Shown here: positions 54,001 to 64,000 of the stretch, in pieces
Numbering within the stretch: position 1 is the stretch's first letter
Layout of the letters: every line of letters begins with the position of its first letter
Assembly: GCF_964355755.1 (NCBI RefSeq)
Contig: NC_092675.1
Location: 14,914,912-14,978,911 of the forward strand
Length of the DNA: 64,000 nt
Direction of reading: 5' to 3'
Source of the DNA: Antedon mediterranea
Lineage: Eukaryota; Animalia; Echinodermata
Notes under the pieces: model-generated
What the model was told of the DNA's origin: nothing
Seen by the model: only the letters and a program-made list of their open reading frames with translations
The model's database searches: none
Program-made: the position numbers and the translations under genes

Positions 54001-54544
54001 CATGGAGCTTGAATCTATACAGAAACGCGCATGTAGAATAATTCTCGGACAAAAATATGCATCCTATGATCAAGCAATTAAACTACTTAATCTTAAATTT
54101 TTAGATTAAAGAAGAGAAGATATTCTTCTTGATTTTGCTAAAAATCTTAACAAAATCGTTCCTAACGCACTTCCTAAATTGAGAGGCGAAACGTGTGGCA
54201 GGATACTAAGGAATGCTAAGAAGCAAAGTGAAATATATGGCAATACTAAAAGATTCAACAACTCATGTTTCCCAGCACTGTGTAGACTAATTAATAAACC
54301 AAAATAAACACAACAATAATAATAATAATAAGTAATAAGTACTTTCATCAGTTTCTTCCATGTGTAATATCTCCTTTTTAAAAATATTTTTTTTTAACTT
54401 TTTAACTTTTTAATGTTGTAAATTTTGATGTTTGAAAGCTTGTACCAATTTTATATGTAAATCTCTCGCAATTCAGTTTTATTTTATATATACTGCAAAG
54501 AGAAATATTGAATAAAAGCAGAATGAATGAATGAATGAATGAAT
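51100..54544 (+). mobile_element. Near full-length single-ORF CR1-group LINE (L2/Crack/Daphne-like) with (GAAT)n tail; 5' boundary approximate
   Basis: APE + RT ORF, AATAAA at 54511 and (GAAT)6 tail at 54521-54544; no TSD found. Confidence 0.9.
51308..54109 (+). CDS. LINE endonuclease/reverse transcriptase; premature TAA at 54107, original frame continues to 54307
   Basis: APE: FSESW, GGGVA, SGDFN, ILDL, SDHN. RT: RPISIT, DFRKAFD, GVPQGTKLGP, YVDD, LLGV, EYACPVW. First in-frame ATG at 51308; the ORF is open from 51206. Confidence 0.92.
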   Translation: MFSRTNQAVLRKQVLYARNAFKLNTGAPPHTKFPFVEQRKRWRRRGVRGGTKRRIRVMTSNRYTWNCRPITGIEKRTRNLYNLRTLQKASTTYSVIDEQRKGKPSQFPIVMLTNPWSIMNKIDEISMYLEDKHIDIGLFSESWTNKENEHKINIDGYSCFSSGRSDRIGGGVAALIKDTIKARTINPIPIPDVLEGMWIKVSLPKTPRIMSSLHLCIIYYSPGQPVSTQTTLLRYLRESVVSIRTSSPSAAILISGDFNEARAKVKQFCSSTGLRQVVKTSTRDNSGNILDLLITNFYQHYEEPVVHAPFGRSDHNSILWKPKPGFVCIKGRNVIKSFRPFSESACNRFGQWITSQDWHEILETDDLDEKVNIFESTLCLAYERCFPKRRIKVHSNDKPWITPKIKGLCKERQISFHKYGKMSRHFRTLRNQVIWEIKQAKIKYYKYEVNNLQNTNAKQWFQKVNQICGTNKKKSVLNLETEETDPLKICELINNYLANICQKIEPLQTNSLPSYLPCGYAPTLNFWQVYHQLQKINCNKSVAPGDLPPRVIKEFAFEIASPLVDIYNASLSQGIVPRKWKEATITPLPKVKGPVNLNQIRPISITPIFVRMLEHFVSSWIKPKIAPKLDEMQFGNRTGASTSHYLTSMLHYLLQGLDKPGHEATVIAVDFRKAFDLIDHTIAVKKLIDIGVQPELMPWICDFLSERKQRVKLNGGFSNWQGITCGVPQGTKLGPLIFQVMVNNSLRDFPNRWKYVDDLSICEVHNKKTPPNVQDQLNELSQWTKDNNMIINIEKTNFMNISFAKSQPIVKSFTINNIKITNVECLKLLGVQITNDLKWNMHIHDVVNRASKRLHMLTCLKRFGMPCNHLRQMYISHIRPVTEYACPVWHSALTIAQSMELESIQKRACRIILGQKYASYDQAIKLLNLKFLD

Positions 54545-55463
54545 TTGTAAGTACCACTAATAAATACAGTCAGCAGATCACATGTACGTGTAATCAACAT
54601 GCAATAAATGCTTTAATTCTTGTAACTGTATTGATATTGGATACATCTTCTTCTGTCCTTGTGGATATATACATACAATCATGCACATTTCAGGCTTTGG
54701 AAAAGGATAACATTTTCCCACCAAAACCAAACACTGTGATTGGTGTAAGCAGGGAAGAGTTAAATTACATTTTAATTTAACTCTTCTCTGGTTAAACTTA
54801 CATAGGAAATACTTCAGAGTCATCTTCTCTGATTATTTTAAATGTAGCATTGTATTGGCCAACCCACTATCTCCTAGGCCTAGCAATCGCGACGAATCAG
54901 CACATTGTGACGCGTTTAGTGGGAACCAACAAGAAAAACTAATATACGCATGACAATTCACCTTTCAAAGCGATCCGTCGAATGACGCATGACGCTTCGC
55001 GTTTGGTGTGCACCGGCCTTTACAGATTAAAATATACTGTATAGATGAAATTAGGTAACTGGTTATTATAATTTGTTAATATGATGATTTTAACATTTTT
55101 TAATGCATGTGAAAGAGAATTGATTTAGCAAGAACATATTAAAATCTAGGAGAAAATGTGGAACACATTATTACTGTAAACTGTTATTATTGACAGAAAT
55201 TCTTCTGTTGATGTAGTAGGTCTACATGAATATTTTATGGCCAAGGAATCATTAATTCGTAATGGTCAGCCTTTATACGGTCATTATTCAGCAAGGTATT
55301 AAGGTGATAACTCTATGCCTAACTAGGCTGGCTAGCTTTTGACATCCCTGCGTGAATGATATTTTTCTTGAGGAATAAGAAGTTTGTTTGTGAAAGAGTT
55401 GCAGATGACACAGATTAAAAACTATAATTATATTGAATTTATTTTTTATCGTTAATTTTACAG

Positions 55464-55597
55464 CTTGGTAAATGGTTTGAGAATGCCTTTAGTCCATTGA
55501 AGGACATTCCTAGGTATTTGATTCCATGTTACTTTGATGCTATTCTTTCTGGTGCATACGCTATACTACTGGATGTATGTGCAAAGAAGATGAGCTT
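55464..55597 (+). CDS. AGL: AGL exon 13 in window
   Basis: [44 protein letters not shown]; cag acceptor, gtaagt donor; not in the ORF track. Confidence 0.96.
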
Positions 55598-58544
55598 GTA
55601 AGTAATATTTCTTCTTTATTTATATTATTTAATTCTTTCAAACACCAGTCTTTTAATTATGCGTGGATTAGACTTAATCTAACAGGGATCCTAACCCAAC
55701 CCACTATGACAAGAGACAAAAAAAATACAATCATCAAATACAAGAATAAGTAGGTAAACAAATAAACAAAACAATACTCAAGCAAATCTCATAGTCAGTC
55801 AAAAGTCCACAATGCTGCATCCACACTGTTCAGCTTCGGCCTCCAACTCCCCAGGAATTATCAGCTGAAATACCAGCTGTCCTGAAGTTTTCTCCTCCCC
55901 GCACAAAACTACGGCGTACACAAAAAAACCCAAAATATTTTAAGAAAGAGTCAAATAACGTTAAACAAACTTCGACACTGACACTGACGTTTTCTCCGCA
56001 CACCCATGACGGGCACAGAAACGTTTTAACAAATTCTGTTGAGCCAAACAACGCACGGTATCTTCGTAATAGACAACAAGCTGATTATTAGAAAGGGCGC
56101 GCTATGTGTAGAGTGCGCCTTCTACATTTAAATGGCCAAAATACATTTGATTGGCAATGGGTTGTATCCGTACTTTAAATGACCAATGATGTGAATGATG
56201 ATGCAAATAAAATCAACTGAATAGTCATGAGAAACGTTATGAGGTAATCACTGAACTGCCCAGAAAATTAATTTTTCCAGATCTGCTTACGATGTATGGA
56301 AGTAAACAGAGAATGAAAATCAGTCTTTATTTTTTCTGTTATTTTCACCAAAATGTTTATGTTTTGTACTTCGGCAGGTAATGTAATAAAGGCGTTATTT
56401 ATATACACATTCTTTTTCTACAATGTTTAACTATTATCAAACAAGTATATAGCCTGGGTGCAGAACAGTTAATATACACATTTGCGGGATAAAAGTATAG
56501 GAAATTTGTTTTGGGTTTTTCCAATAGTATACCATATAGAATGTCAGAAAAAAAATCCCCATCCTAGGGTCTTGGGGAAAATTTTTTACGGCACTTTTAA
56601 ATTTTGGCCTATTTAACACACACAAAACCAATTAACGGTTTTTGTTACTCAGTCGTGTTTTAATAATTAAAATTAGTAGAGGCTTACTTTAATAACTACT
56701 TCTCATAGTAGTTGATAAATCGAGTCGATACGATGACATCATCATGCCACAATCCAATATGGCGGGAAAAACACCATTTATTTAAAAAATGCATTTTTTG
56801 TCCATACAATGTACAATAGACTTACTATCTTAAAACAAAACACGAACCCACACAATGTAAATCTACTTACAGTAATTGTCCCCCTCCCCCAGTCTTCCCA
56901 ACATTAGGATGACGGATCCACTATTTTGATTTAGGGGGTTTGGATTGGAGTGGGGAAGCATTTGCGAGGGCCTAAACATTGTAAAATGAAGTGCTGAATT
57001 TAATTTTTGGATCTGTCCCTGGATCAGCATATGGATAATGCAGATTCACCTATATGCATTTATCAGACGGTACCGGAACATTTCTTGGGTGTTGTTTCTT
57101 GCTATCCACCTAAAAATAGACAGCAAGTCTCATGGTGTTAAGCTTTTGGAAAGGATCAGTATATTTAAAGACATCACTTTTGATAATTCCTTGCACAACA
57201 CCAGAGATTGTCCAAGCATATAGTGTTTACCAGCATTTACTCATTGTCTTATGTACAAGACCAAGTTATTAGGCGTCATGCCTAAATGTTTCCAGACGTA
57301 CAAACCGCGTCAAACGGTCACCGTTGATAGCTTGGTCGTTTAACGCGTGCAACGATCGTAAAAGAGCTAATTAAAATATGCATTTAGTATTGTACCGCCC
57401 ACTGTAATTGTGTAGCCGTTAGACTAGACGCGCGTTAGCGTTAAACGTCGTTTGTTTTAAAATGTCTATGTGTCATCGCCTTTAGAAGCATGGACAATAC
57501 ACACAAACAATGTATTGTTCGCTAATTAAATCCTATTTAAAGCTGGAAGACGTCAATTTTTGTAGCCGCCCTACGCATCAGTTATCCCAATTTGGCCGGA
57601 AACATCAGCCGACGAGACGACATCGGGCCCGTGGACCTCAGCTCACACAGAGAGAGTTCAGGCTAGCCTAGTTTCTGCGGCCTACACTATAAATTATTTA
57701 ATCCTACCTTGGGTTAGCGAATTATAAAAACAACGACACCTAGGCTAGGACACCAACAAAATATATGCAAAATAAATATATATTCCATGTTAAGATTTAC
57801 CAGTCAGGCCTTTTTTTAAATGATTAATATATTGTGTAAAGAAAAAGGGCCGACCAGAATTTGGAGTGGGAAAAACATGCGAGTGGATCGGAGTCTGGGA
57901 ACAGTTTAGATATAAATAGAGGAAATCCAGGTACACGATCTTAATTACTGTTTTATTGTCGTCAGCAGAGCATCCACCACCCTCTAATGGACGGCCGTAC
58001 TGAGTTAAAAAATATCATGTTAGAGGTTGCGGTAAAACATCGAGTAGTATCGCGTTTCAAGCCAAAAAACCCAGGTCTGTATTAATTACGGTCTTCTGTC
58101 GGCAATCTTTTTGAGCAACTTGAACGTTTTGATACTATATTTAGAATGAATGTTTTACCATCTTTTTTGTGGGCATCGTTTCTGGATCGACAGATGTTCG
58201 ATATATACGAAGATCGCATCCACAATGGATTAACGCGATCTTTTTTTTACAGTATACAGTTATTTACTTGTACTTTTCAAATTTGCGAAAGTTTTATGTC
58301 ACAAAAGTGTCAACTAAGTTATTTCCTTGTTCAACTGCTCTTCATTAAAATCTGTTTTTAAAATCTCTACAACCAAACACTTAAACTGCAATAGGATTCA
58401 TATGAATCATATTAGGAATAGATGAGTCCCACTATCTGAGAGTTGGCCCTATTATATGCCCTTATGTATTGCCTGTCAACTTGTACAAAGATTTCTGAAC
58501 ACTGAGTGAAAAGGAATCGCTGATCAATGTGTCTTTTTGCTTAA

Positions 58545-59090
58545 AGATGTATTGTTCCTTGAAACACAAAAAATGAAAAAAAAACTATTCTAAATTTAAA
58601 TGGGCCATATCAAAGTAATATTAAAGTTATTCACTTTAAGTCGAAAATTCGAGCCAAAAACAACAAGTTTACGTAATTAACAGGGTAAATTAATTTGATT
58701 ACATTTCGTCTGGAAAATCGTCACGAGCGAAAGTAAACAAAGATTTCAAACCATTAGTATGCATTATGCATGATGCTAATTAGGATTGTTTACAACTCGT
58801 CGCGGTTGAGAAGGTGTTTTCACACAGATCGGAAAGAAGTTTTATGATTATGCATACAGAGTAGCCAAACAAGCGTGTTGCATTATGAGATATGTTTTGA
58901 TTGAAAACTTTGACTGGAAGTCAAAGTAATTTTATGAACAAAAAACGTCTGTATTTCGGTTAAATTATTTTTTGTTCGACTAATTTTTGGTGAAAGTTAA
59001 TAACTATTATGATACTTCAAAATGACCCACTTTTTTTCTAAATATTAAAAAAAAATTTGTTGTTGAATTAGTCAAAGGGACAATACATCT
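58545..59090. mobile_element. Kolobok-type MITE
   Basis: TTAA|AGATGTATTGT(T/C)CCTT ... AAGGGACAATACATCT|TTAA; another right end of this family near 50441-50457. Confidence 0.8.
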
Positions 59091-59190
59091 TTAACCGAAC
59101 CCTAGGACATAGATTTTGCAAGGTTTTAATTTGTTCAGATCTGTATTTGTAGCATTGTACAATTTACAATGTTAAGATTCTTTAATTATA

Positions 59191-59696
59191 GGGAGTTTTC
59201 GCAATCTTACGAATACGATAACGAAAACGGATACATCACGCACACGTATTTGTTTTTCGTAAGCCAGTAAAAATCCGTTTCATGGCAACGAAATATTAAG
59301 GGCGCCGTCCAAAATATGACTGCGGTAAATTTGAGCGAAGCGCAGTATGTGTTGCTTGGTGCTTGGCTGCCTAGGCCTAGCGTAACATCAAAGCGAGTGA
59401 GGACTTTAAAAACTGCTATTTATCAAAATTGACCTGGCATTTTAGTAAATAACTTTAGTAAATTACTCTCAATAAAAAGTATAATTAAATTATAATCATG
59501 AATCATTCTTGATTCAAATGCAAAATGTGCAAAATAGATTAAAAACTATACTCCTTTTGTAGTTACAAATATGACTGATGATATTCGTCAACACGAATAC
59601 GCTTTACGAATATGAAATGGGAATCAGCTCAAAAGTTTCACGAATGTGTGACGTATCTGTTTTCGTTATCGTATTCGTAAGGTTGCGAAACCTCCC
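59191..59696. mobile_element. MITE with ~45-55 bp TIR (GGGAG.TTTCGCAA.CTTACGAATACGATAACGAAAAC.GATAC), TA-flanked
   Basis: Clear inverted termini; superfamily not assigned. Confidence 0.8.
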
Positions 59697-60513
59697 TAAT
59701 GATTCATATTGCACTAATTGGTGTGGAACCCACCAAATAAAATTGCAAGTTGTTGATTTTAACAGCTTTATTAAAGAGCAGTTTATCAAAGAAATGTTAC
59801 AGATATTTTGCAACTTGGTCTTATTTATACAACAAGTAGACTAATTCAGGCCAATGATTGCAACATATTAACACTAATTTTATTACTCATTTTTATAGCA
59901 CATAATGCATAATTCCAGACCATTTTGTCCATCTGTATATTTGGGGAAGCTGTTGTCAAAATTATTTTTGCAGAGTTCCAGAGTAATTTTGAATAATCCT
60001 GCAGGTGGAACCGTGATGATAATAATGTTTCACGTATTGGGTTGATCTGGGAATCTCTGGTGTTGTGTAAGGAATAATTGGTAAACCCCTTATCGAAAGT
60101 AATGTCTCATACACTGATGCATACTCTTAAAACCTTGATCGGAATCTGCGATTTTGTGGATACCAAAAACAACACCCTACCATGAATGTTTCTTTCCATC
60201 TGAAGTGTGTATTTGAGCCAGCATTATCTGCATCCTATTTTTCTAATGTTGGGATGTATAATGAAATACAATCGCATTTAATTTTAAGATAGTATTCGTA
60301 CATTTTAACGTTAAAAGGATTTTTTTTTTTTTTTCGCCAAATTGGACGCCATATTGGATTCTGGCATGATGATATCATTGTTATCGACTCGATTTATCAA
60401 CTACTATGTGAAGTAGTTACTAAAGTAAGCCTCAGCTAATTTTAATCATCATAACACAACTCCAAGTAAAAAAAAAAAGGGGATTGGTTTCCCTATCCCC
60501 TATATATAGGTAT

Positions 60514-61393
60514 TAGTCTGGGCTCCAGACGGAGTTTTTTCTTAATATTAGTAAAAATATAATTATTTTTGCACATATGGCGTTTCATACGTGTATTACT
60601 TGAGTTTGGATACTCCGTCTGGGGAAACACGCAAAGTCACATGGTTTGACACCAAGAATTCTTGGTGCATAGATTATCCGGTTGACTAGTTTCAGCTGCA
60701 TGCGATTGGCTACTCACTCGTACACCGTTTTAATATTTATATTTCAGAATTTCAAAGACTCAACAACTAAGATGGTACGCATGCGCTATGTTACGTTTAG
60801 ACAATGTGTACTTGGGTACATTGATGAAAGTTTCTGAAGGCTAGAAAGGATTTTATATGGATCATTTAATATTACGCGGAGATAATTTGATTTAATTCCC
60901 ACCCAGACCCTGTCCTGTTCTGTGTAGTGGTGTAGCCCTGTCTGTTGTGTGTGAATCCTGTTGTGTGCCGGTGGTGGTATTATGTAGGCCTACCTTATTG
61001 GCGTTTTATTTGGCAGGTCATACGTGCGAGTTGAGTAGTACCTACGAAGGAGGCCTAGGCTAAGGACTAAACAATTAATAAACAAAACAACTTGGCAACA
61101 CGATTTCATATTTCAACAGTCTCGGTCGTACATTCAGCACTGTACGTAGGCCTACTCGATCTTTTTCATTTTTAAACAAAATGATCATTGGTTGATTCGA
61201 AATCCATATTTACATACCGCCCGCCCCATATAGCCAAATACGGTATGATAACCTACGTCATTCTTATTGGATGTTTGCGGTCTGCAAATCGATTTCTATA
61301 CGTGTTTCACAAGTCTGTATTTTCAGACAAAAATCGCGGTCGAAATAAAAAATAAATGAAAAAAAAAACCAATTCAGACTTGGGGCAAGTCTA
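60514..61393. mobile_element. Possible small TAG...CTA (Academ-type) element inserted in the right arm of the foldback
   Basis: Interrupts the host TIR; TAGTCTGGGCTCCAGAC vs reverse complement TAGACTTGCCCCAAGTC (11/17 match); TSD TAT. Confidence 0.5.
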
Positions 61394-62384
61394 TATAGGT
61401 ATTTGTGTGTGTTAATAGGGATTTGTGTGTGTTATATAGGCCAAAATTTAAAAGTGCCGTAAAAAATTTTCCTCAAGACCCTGGGATGGGGATTTTTTTT
61501 CTTAAATCTATATGGTATACTCTATCAGAAAAACCCCCAAAAATGTTCCTATACTTTTTTCCCGCAAAATTTGTACTGAACCCAGGCTAATAACAAATTA
61601 GGGGTTCTGTACGGTTAGTATTTTTGCAATACGAGTTTGAACATGTGGGTAAAACACATGTGTATTGAAGTTGAACTCACATGGCGTAGGACTTTGGTAG
61701 CATGGAGTACAGTAGGGGTATCTTAATTAGTGGGACCGCTAGTAAACACAATTGAACGGAAAGAGAAATGGTTGTTCGTAAATCATGATTTTATTAGACC
61801 TAGGCCTGTTAGAACTTAGTGTCTATAGTAGTATACCTAGGCTAGACAGCTGGCTTACTATAAATAGGCCTAACCCTAGCTAGGTCTAGGTCTGGCTTAA
61901 TTATACAAGATCAGAGTATTCAAATATCGAATATTATATTAATACTCGGGCCAGGTTAGGTCTACTACTACTAGTCAAATGATGACTCAATATAATAAAT
62001 ACTAATGTAAATACAGTATAGCCTAGGCCTACTGAGTTTTATTAGGCCTAGGCTAGTAATAATAGTATATAAACAAAATAATGAGGATACATTAGCTGAT
62101 TGAATTACCAACAATAAAAGCAAGCATATGTCGTTTTTATTTAGACTGGTTGATATTTCTATATACAATGACTTTTTTATAGATAGTTGTAGTTGTATAT
62201 GGCAATGCGCAATGATTCTATCAAATTGATATCTGGAGATGAAAAGACTTTTGTTTCATCATAATGCAATGAATTAAAGTATTAATGTTGTCTACAGTAT
62301 AAGAAAAATAGTATGTTGTTTTTGTTTTTATTTATCGTCATTTATAAATTAGTAATGATTGTTTTTAATAAATTATATACCTAC

Positions 62385-63150
62385 CAGTTTCTTTGATTTC
62401 TTCAATAATAAGCGATCTGGTATGGTTATTCTTCTGCTCTACAATTGAGTATTTGCTGAACAACGGAATGCTATTTAATTCCAGTTTTAGATCCTTCACA
62501 ATACTTATGGCAAGTCCATTGACTGCTCGTCAAAAGTTGACTAGCATGCCAGTGATCAAATGCAATATTATGTTTATTAGAAGCAAACATTTCACAGTTA
62601 GTAAACAAAAAAAAGCATTTTATTAGTCTACTGTAATTTTATTATAGAATTGTGCTCAGTTTACCTTGCAACATTTATGAACATGATTGCCGATAAAGGC
62701 TTTTCCATGATACGCTTGCCTGTCGAATTTATGCTTCTTTAACATATTGTCCATCGCTGTAGTTAGTGGCTTAGCACCCTCATCTTTTTCTATTGATTTT
62801 TCCTATGAAATTTAACAAACACTGTCAAATCAACTCAAATCTTTATTCGTTCCATATATAAAAAGTGTATATGGAAAAATTGTTTTTCTCGACAGAAAAA
62901 TATGGTAAAACATTCACAATTACATCATACATAGAACAAAAAATTAAATTTAAAAACATTAATTTAAACATCCATCAACTGTAAAACTTTAAAATATATA
63001 TTACATGTGCACTGATCTAACAATCTTTGAGGTAAAAATATGAGTTGAATTTTGTACAAAAGACAGTCGGTTTCTTGACGTATCAGCTCTAGGAGCCTGT
63101 AGCTGGTCTGACTTATAAAATCACATATGTCATGGATGTTTCTTATCTTC
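62385..63150 (-). pseudogene. Intron-containing remnant of a Chapaev/Transib(RAG1)-related transposase; best exon 62802-62665
   Basis: AG/GT-bounded 46-codon exon EKSIEKDEGAKPLTTAMDNMLKKHKFDRQAYHGKAFIGNHVHKCCK. An upstream piece HP*HM*FYKSDQLQAP may be a decayed CxxC; a downstream piece reads LFSKYSIVEQKNNHTRSLIIEEIKE. Family assigned from recalled motif only. Confidence 0.55.
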
Positions 63151-63339
63151 TAAAATGTTACTTAATTTACTTTGGACCTGTTTTTCATAAAGATATTTTA
63201 AATCATTAACCGTACAACCAATTATATTTGAGACATTTCTTGTGTGTTTCATTTAAATTACCGAACCAAGTAATAAAAGAGATAACTAGTACTGATTGAA
63301 TAACTGTTTCATAGAATAATTTCAAAGTACAACAGCTAA

Positions 63340-64000
63340 CATTAAAGAAATATAACTTTTGGTGACCTTTCTTAATTATCTCGGCCTCATTTTTTTCAAA
63401 GCTAAGTTGATCATCAATATGTGTACCAAGATATTTGGTTTCATGAACACGTTCAATTATTTTATTTTTCTTTTTTCTAAAATAACATGTAATTTCTTTA
63501 GTTAAAATTAATCTTAAGGCAATTCTTAATTACTTAATTAATAGTCTTAAACATTAATTTAACATATTCAGCCTTATACACATGATCGTCAGTATTTTTC
63601 AACAGACCAATCAGTACCATGTCATCTGCGTATTTAATTATATGACACATGCTACATGAAGATCGACATTCGCTGGTATATATTGTAAATGAACTTGGTG
63701 ACAGACAACACCCCCGGGGATGCGCCAGTGTTGATCCTTCTCATCTCTGAGATAGATTTACTAACTTTAACATACTGTAGCCGATTTGTAAGAAAATCAC
63801 CAACCCACAGAGCAAGGTAATTAAGGATTACCCTTCCATTCAGACATTTTATTCATTAAAATGTGAGGCTGCATCGCGTTAAATGCAGATGAAAAGTCTA
63901 TGAATAGCCCTGAAGCATAGGTCCCCTTCTTATCTAAATGTGAAACCAATAGAATAGATCTTTTAATGCCACTGGTCTAAAGTCGTTGATTTTAGGGTTA
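63340..64000 (-). mobile_element. Degenerate Rex1/Babar-like LINE RT fragment (runs off the window)
   Basis: Minus strand: FIDFSSAFN, WVVDFLTNRLQYVKV, NTGA..GCCLSP..FTIYT, IKYADDMVLIGL, KYLGTHIDDQLSF. Confidence 0.82.

Larger units (their letters stand above)
46748..55019 (+). mobile_element. Decayed Harbinger derivative hosting a foldback MITE and a LINE
   Basis: 26-bp TIR AGGCCGGTGCACACC(G/A)AACGCGAAGC; flanks TAA / TTA. Removing it restores the host repeat motif GCTATAACAGATT seen in the other copies. Confidence 0.85.
2652..55597 (+). other. AGL: Glycogen debranching enzyme gene, internal portion (13 exons, 2204 coding nt, 734 codons; gene extends beyond both window ends)
   Basis: Exons splice with GT-AG and consistent phases. 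Translation follows recalled human AGL order ([63 protein letters not shown]). Spacing of catalytic D-E-D (29 and 101 residues from the nucleophile) equals human D526/E555/D627. Confidence 0.97.
56450..61589. mobile_element. Non-autonomous Academ-type foldback element with nested insertions
   Basis: TAGCCTGGGT / ACCCAGGCTA termini; TSD ATA. Inverted arms 56450-56630 vs 61420-61589, 56630-56790 vs ~60330-60480, and ~57050-57210 vs ~60050-60190. Confidence 0.82.

Noticed and set aside
55598-64000. Further AGL exons after 55597
   Set aside because: No AGL-like peptide with a phase-2 acceptor recognised; the next exon is probably beyond the window.

Overview
AT-rich eukaryotic DNA, probably a marine invertebrate (an echinoderm-like deuterostome is my inference from the repeat families). 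The whole window lies inside one + strand gene, glycogen debranching enzyme (AGL). Thirteen internal GT-AG exons (2652-55597) splice in frame to 734 codons and include the three catalytic residues of the transferase domain; the 5' and 3' ends of the gene lie outside the window. The introns are packed with transposons, often nested: an apparently intact two-gene Harbinger (26996-32431) inside a hAT-like element with a 5-bp TSD; two Academ elements with decayed transposases plus two non-coding TAG...CTA derivatives; a near-intact CR1-group LINE and a foldback MITE inside a decayed MADF-carrying Harbinger; piggyBac, Kolobok, MULE and hAT MITEs; a composite 5S+tRNA SINE; a Chapaev/RAG1-related transposase remnant; and L2 and Rex1-like fragments. 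I also found small repair and excision scars: templated fillers and a 20-bp P-element-like remnant. All calls come from reading the sequence by eye and recalling family motifs; no database search was run. I found no clearly new biological system, only candidate new transposon families and mechanisms worth checking.
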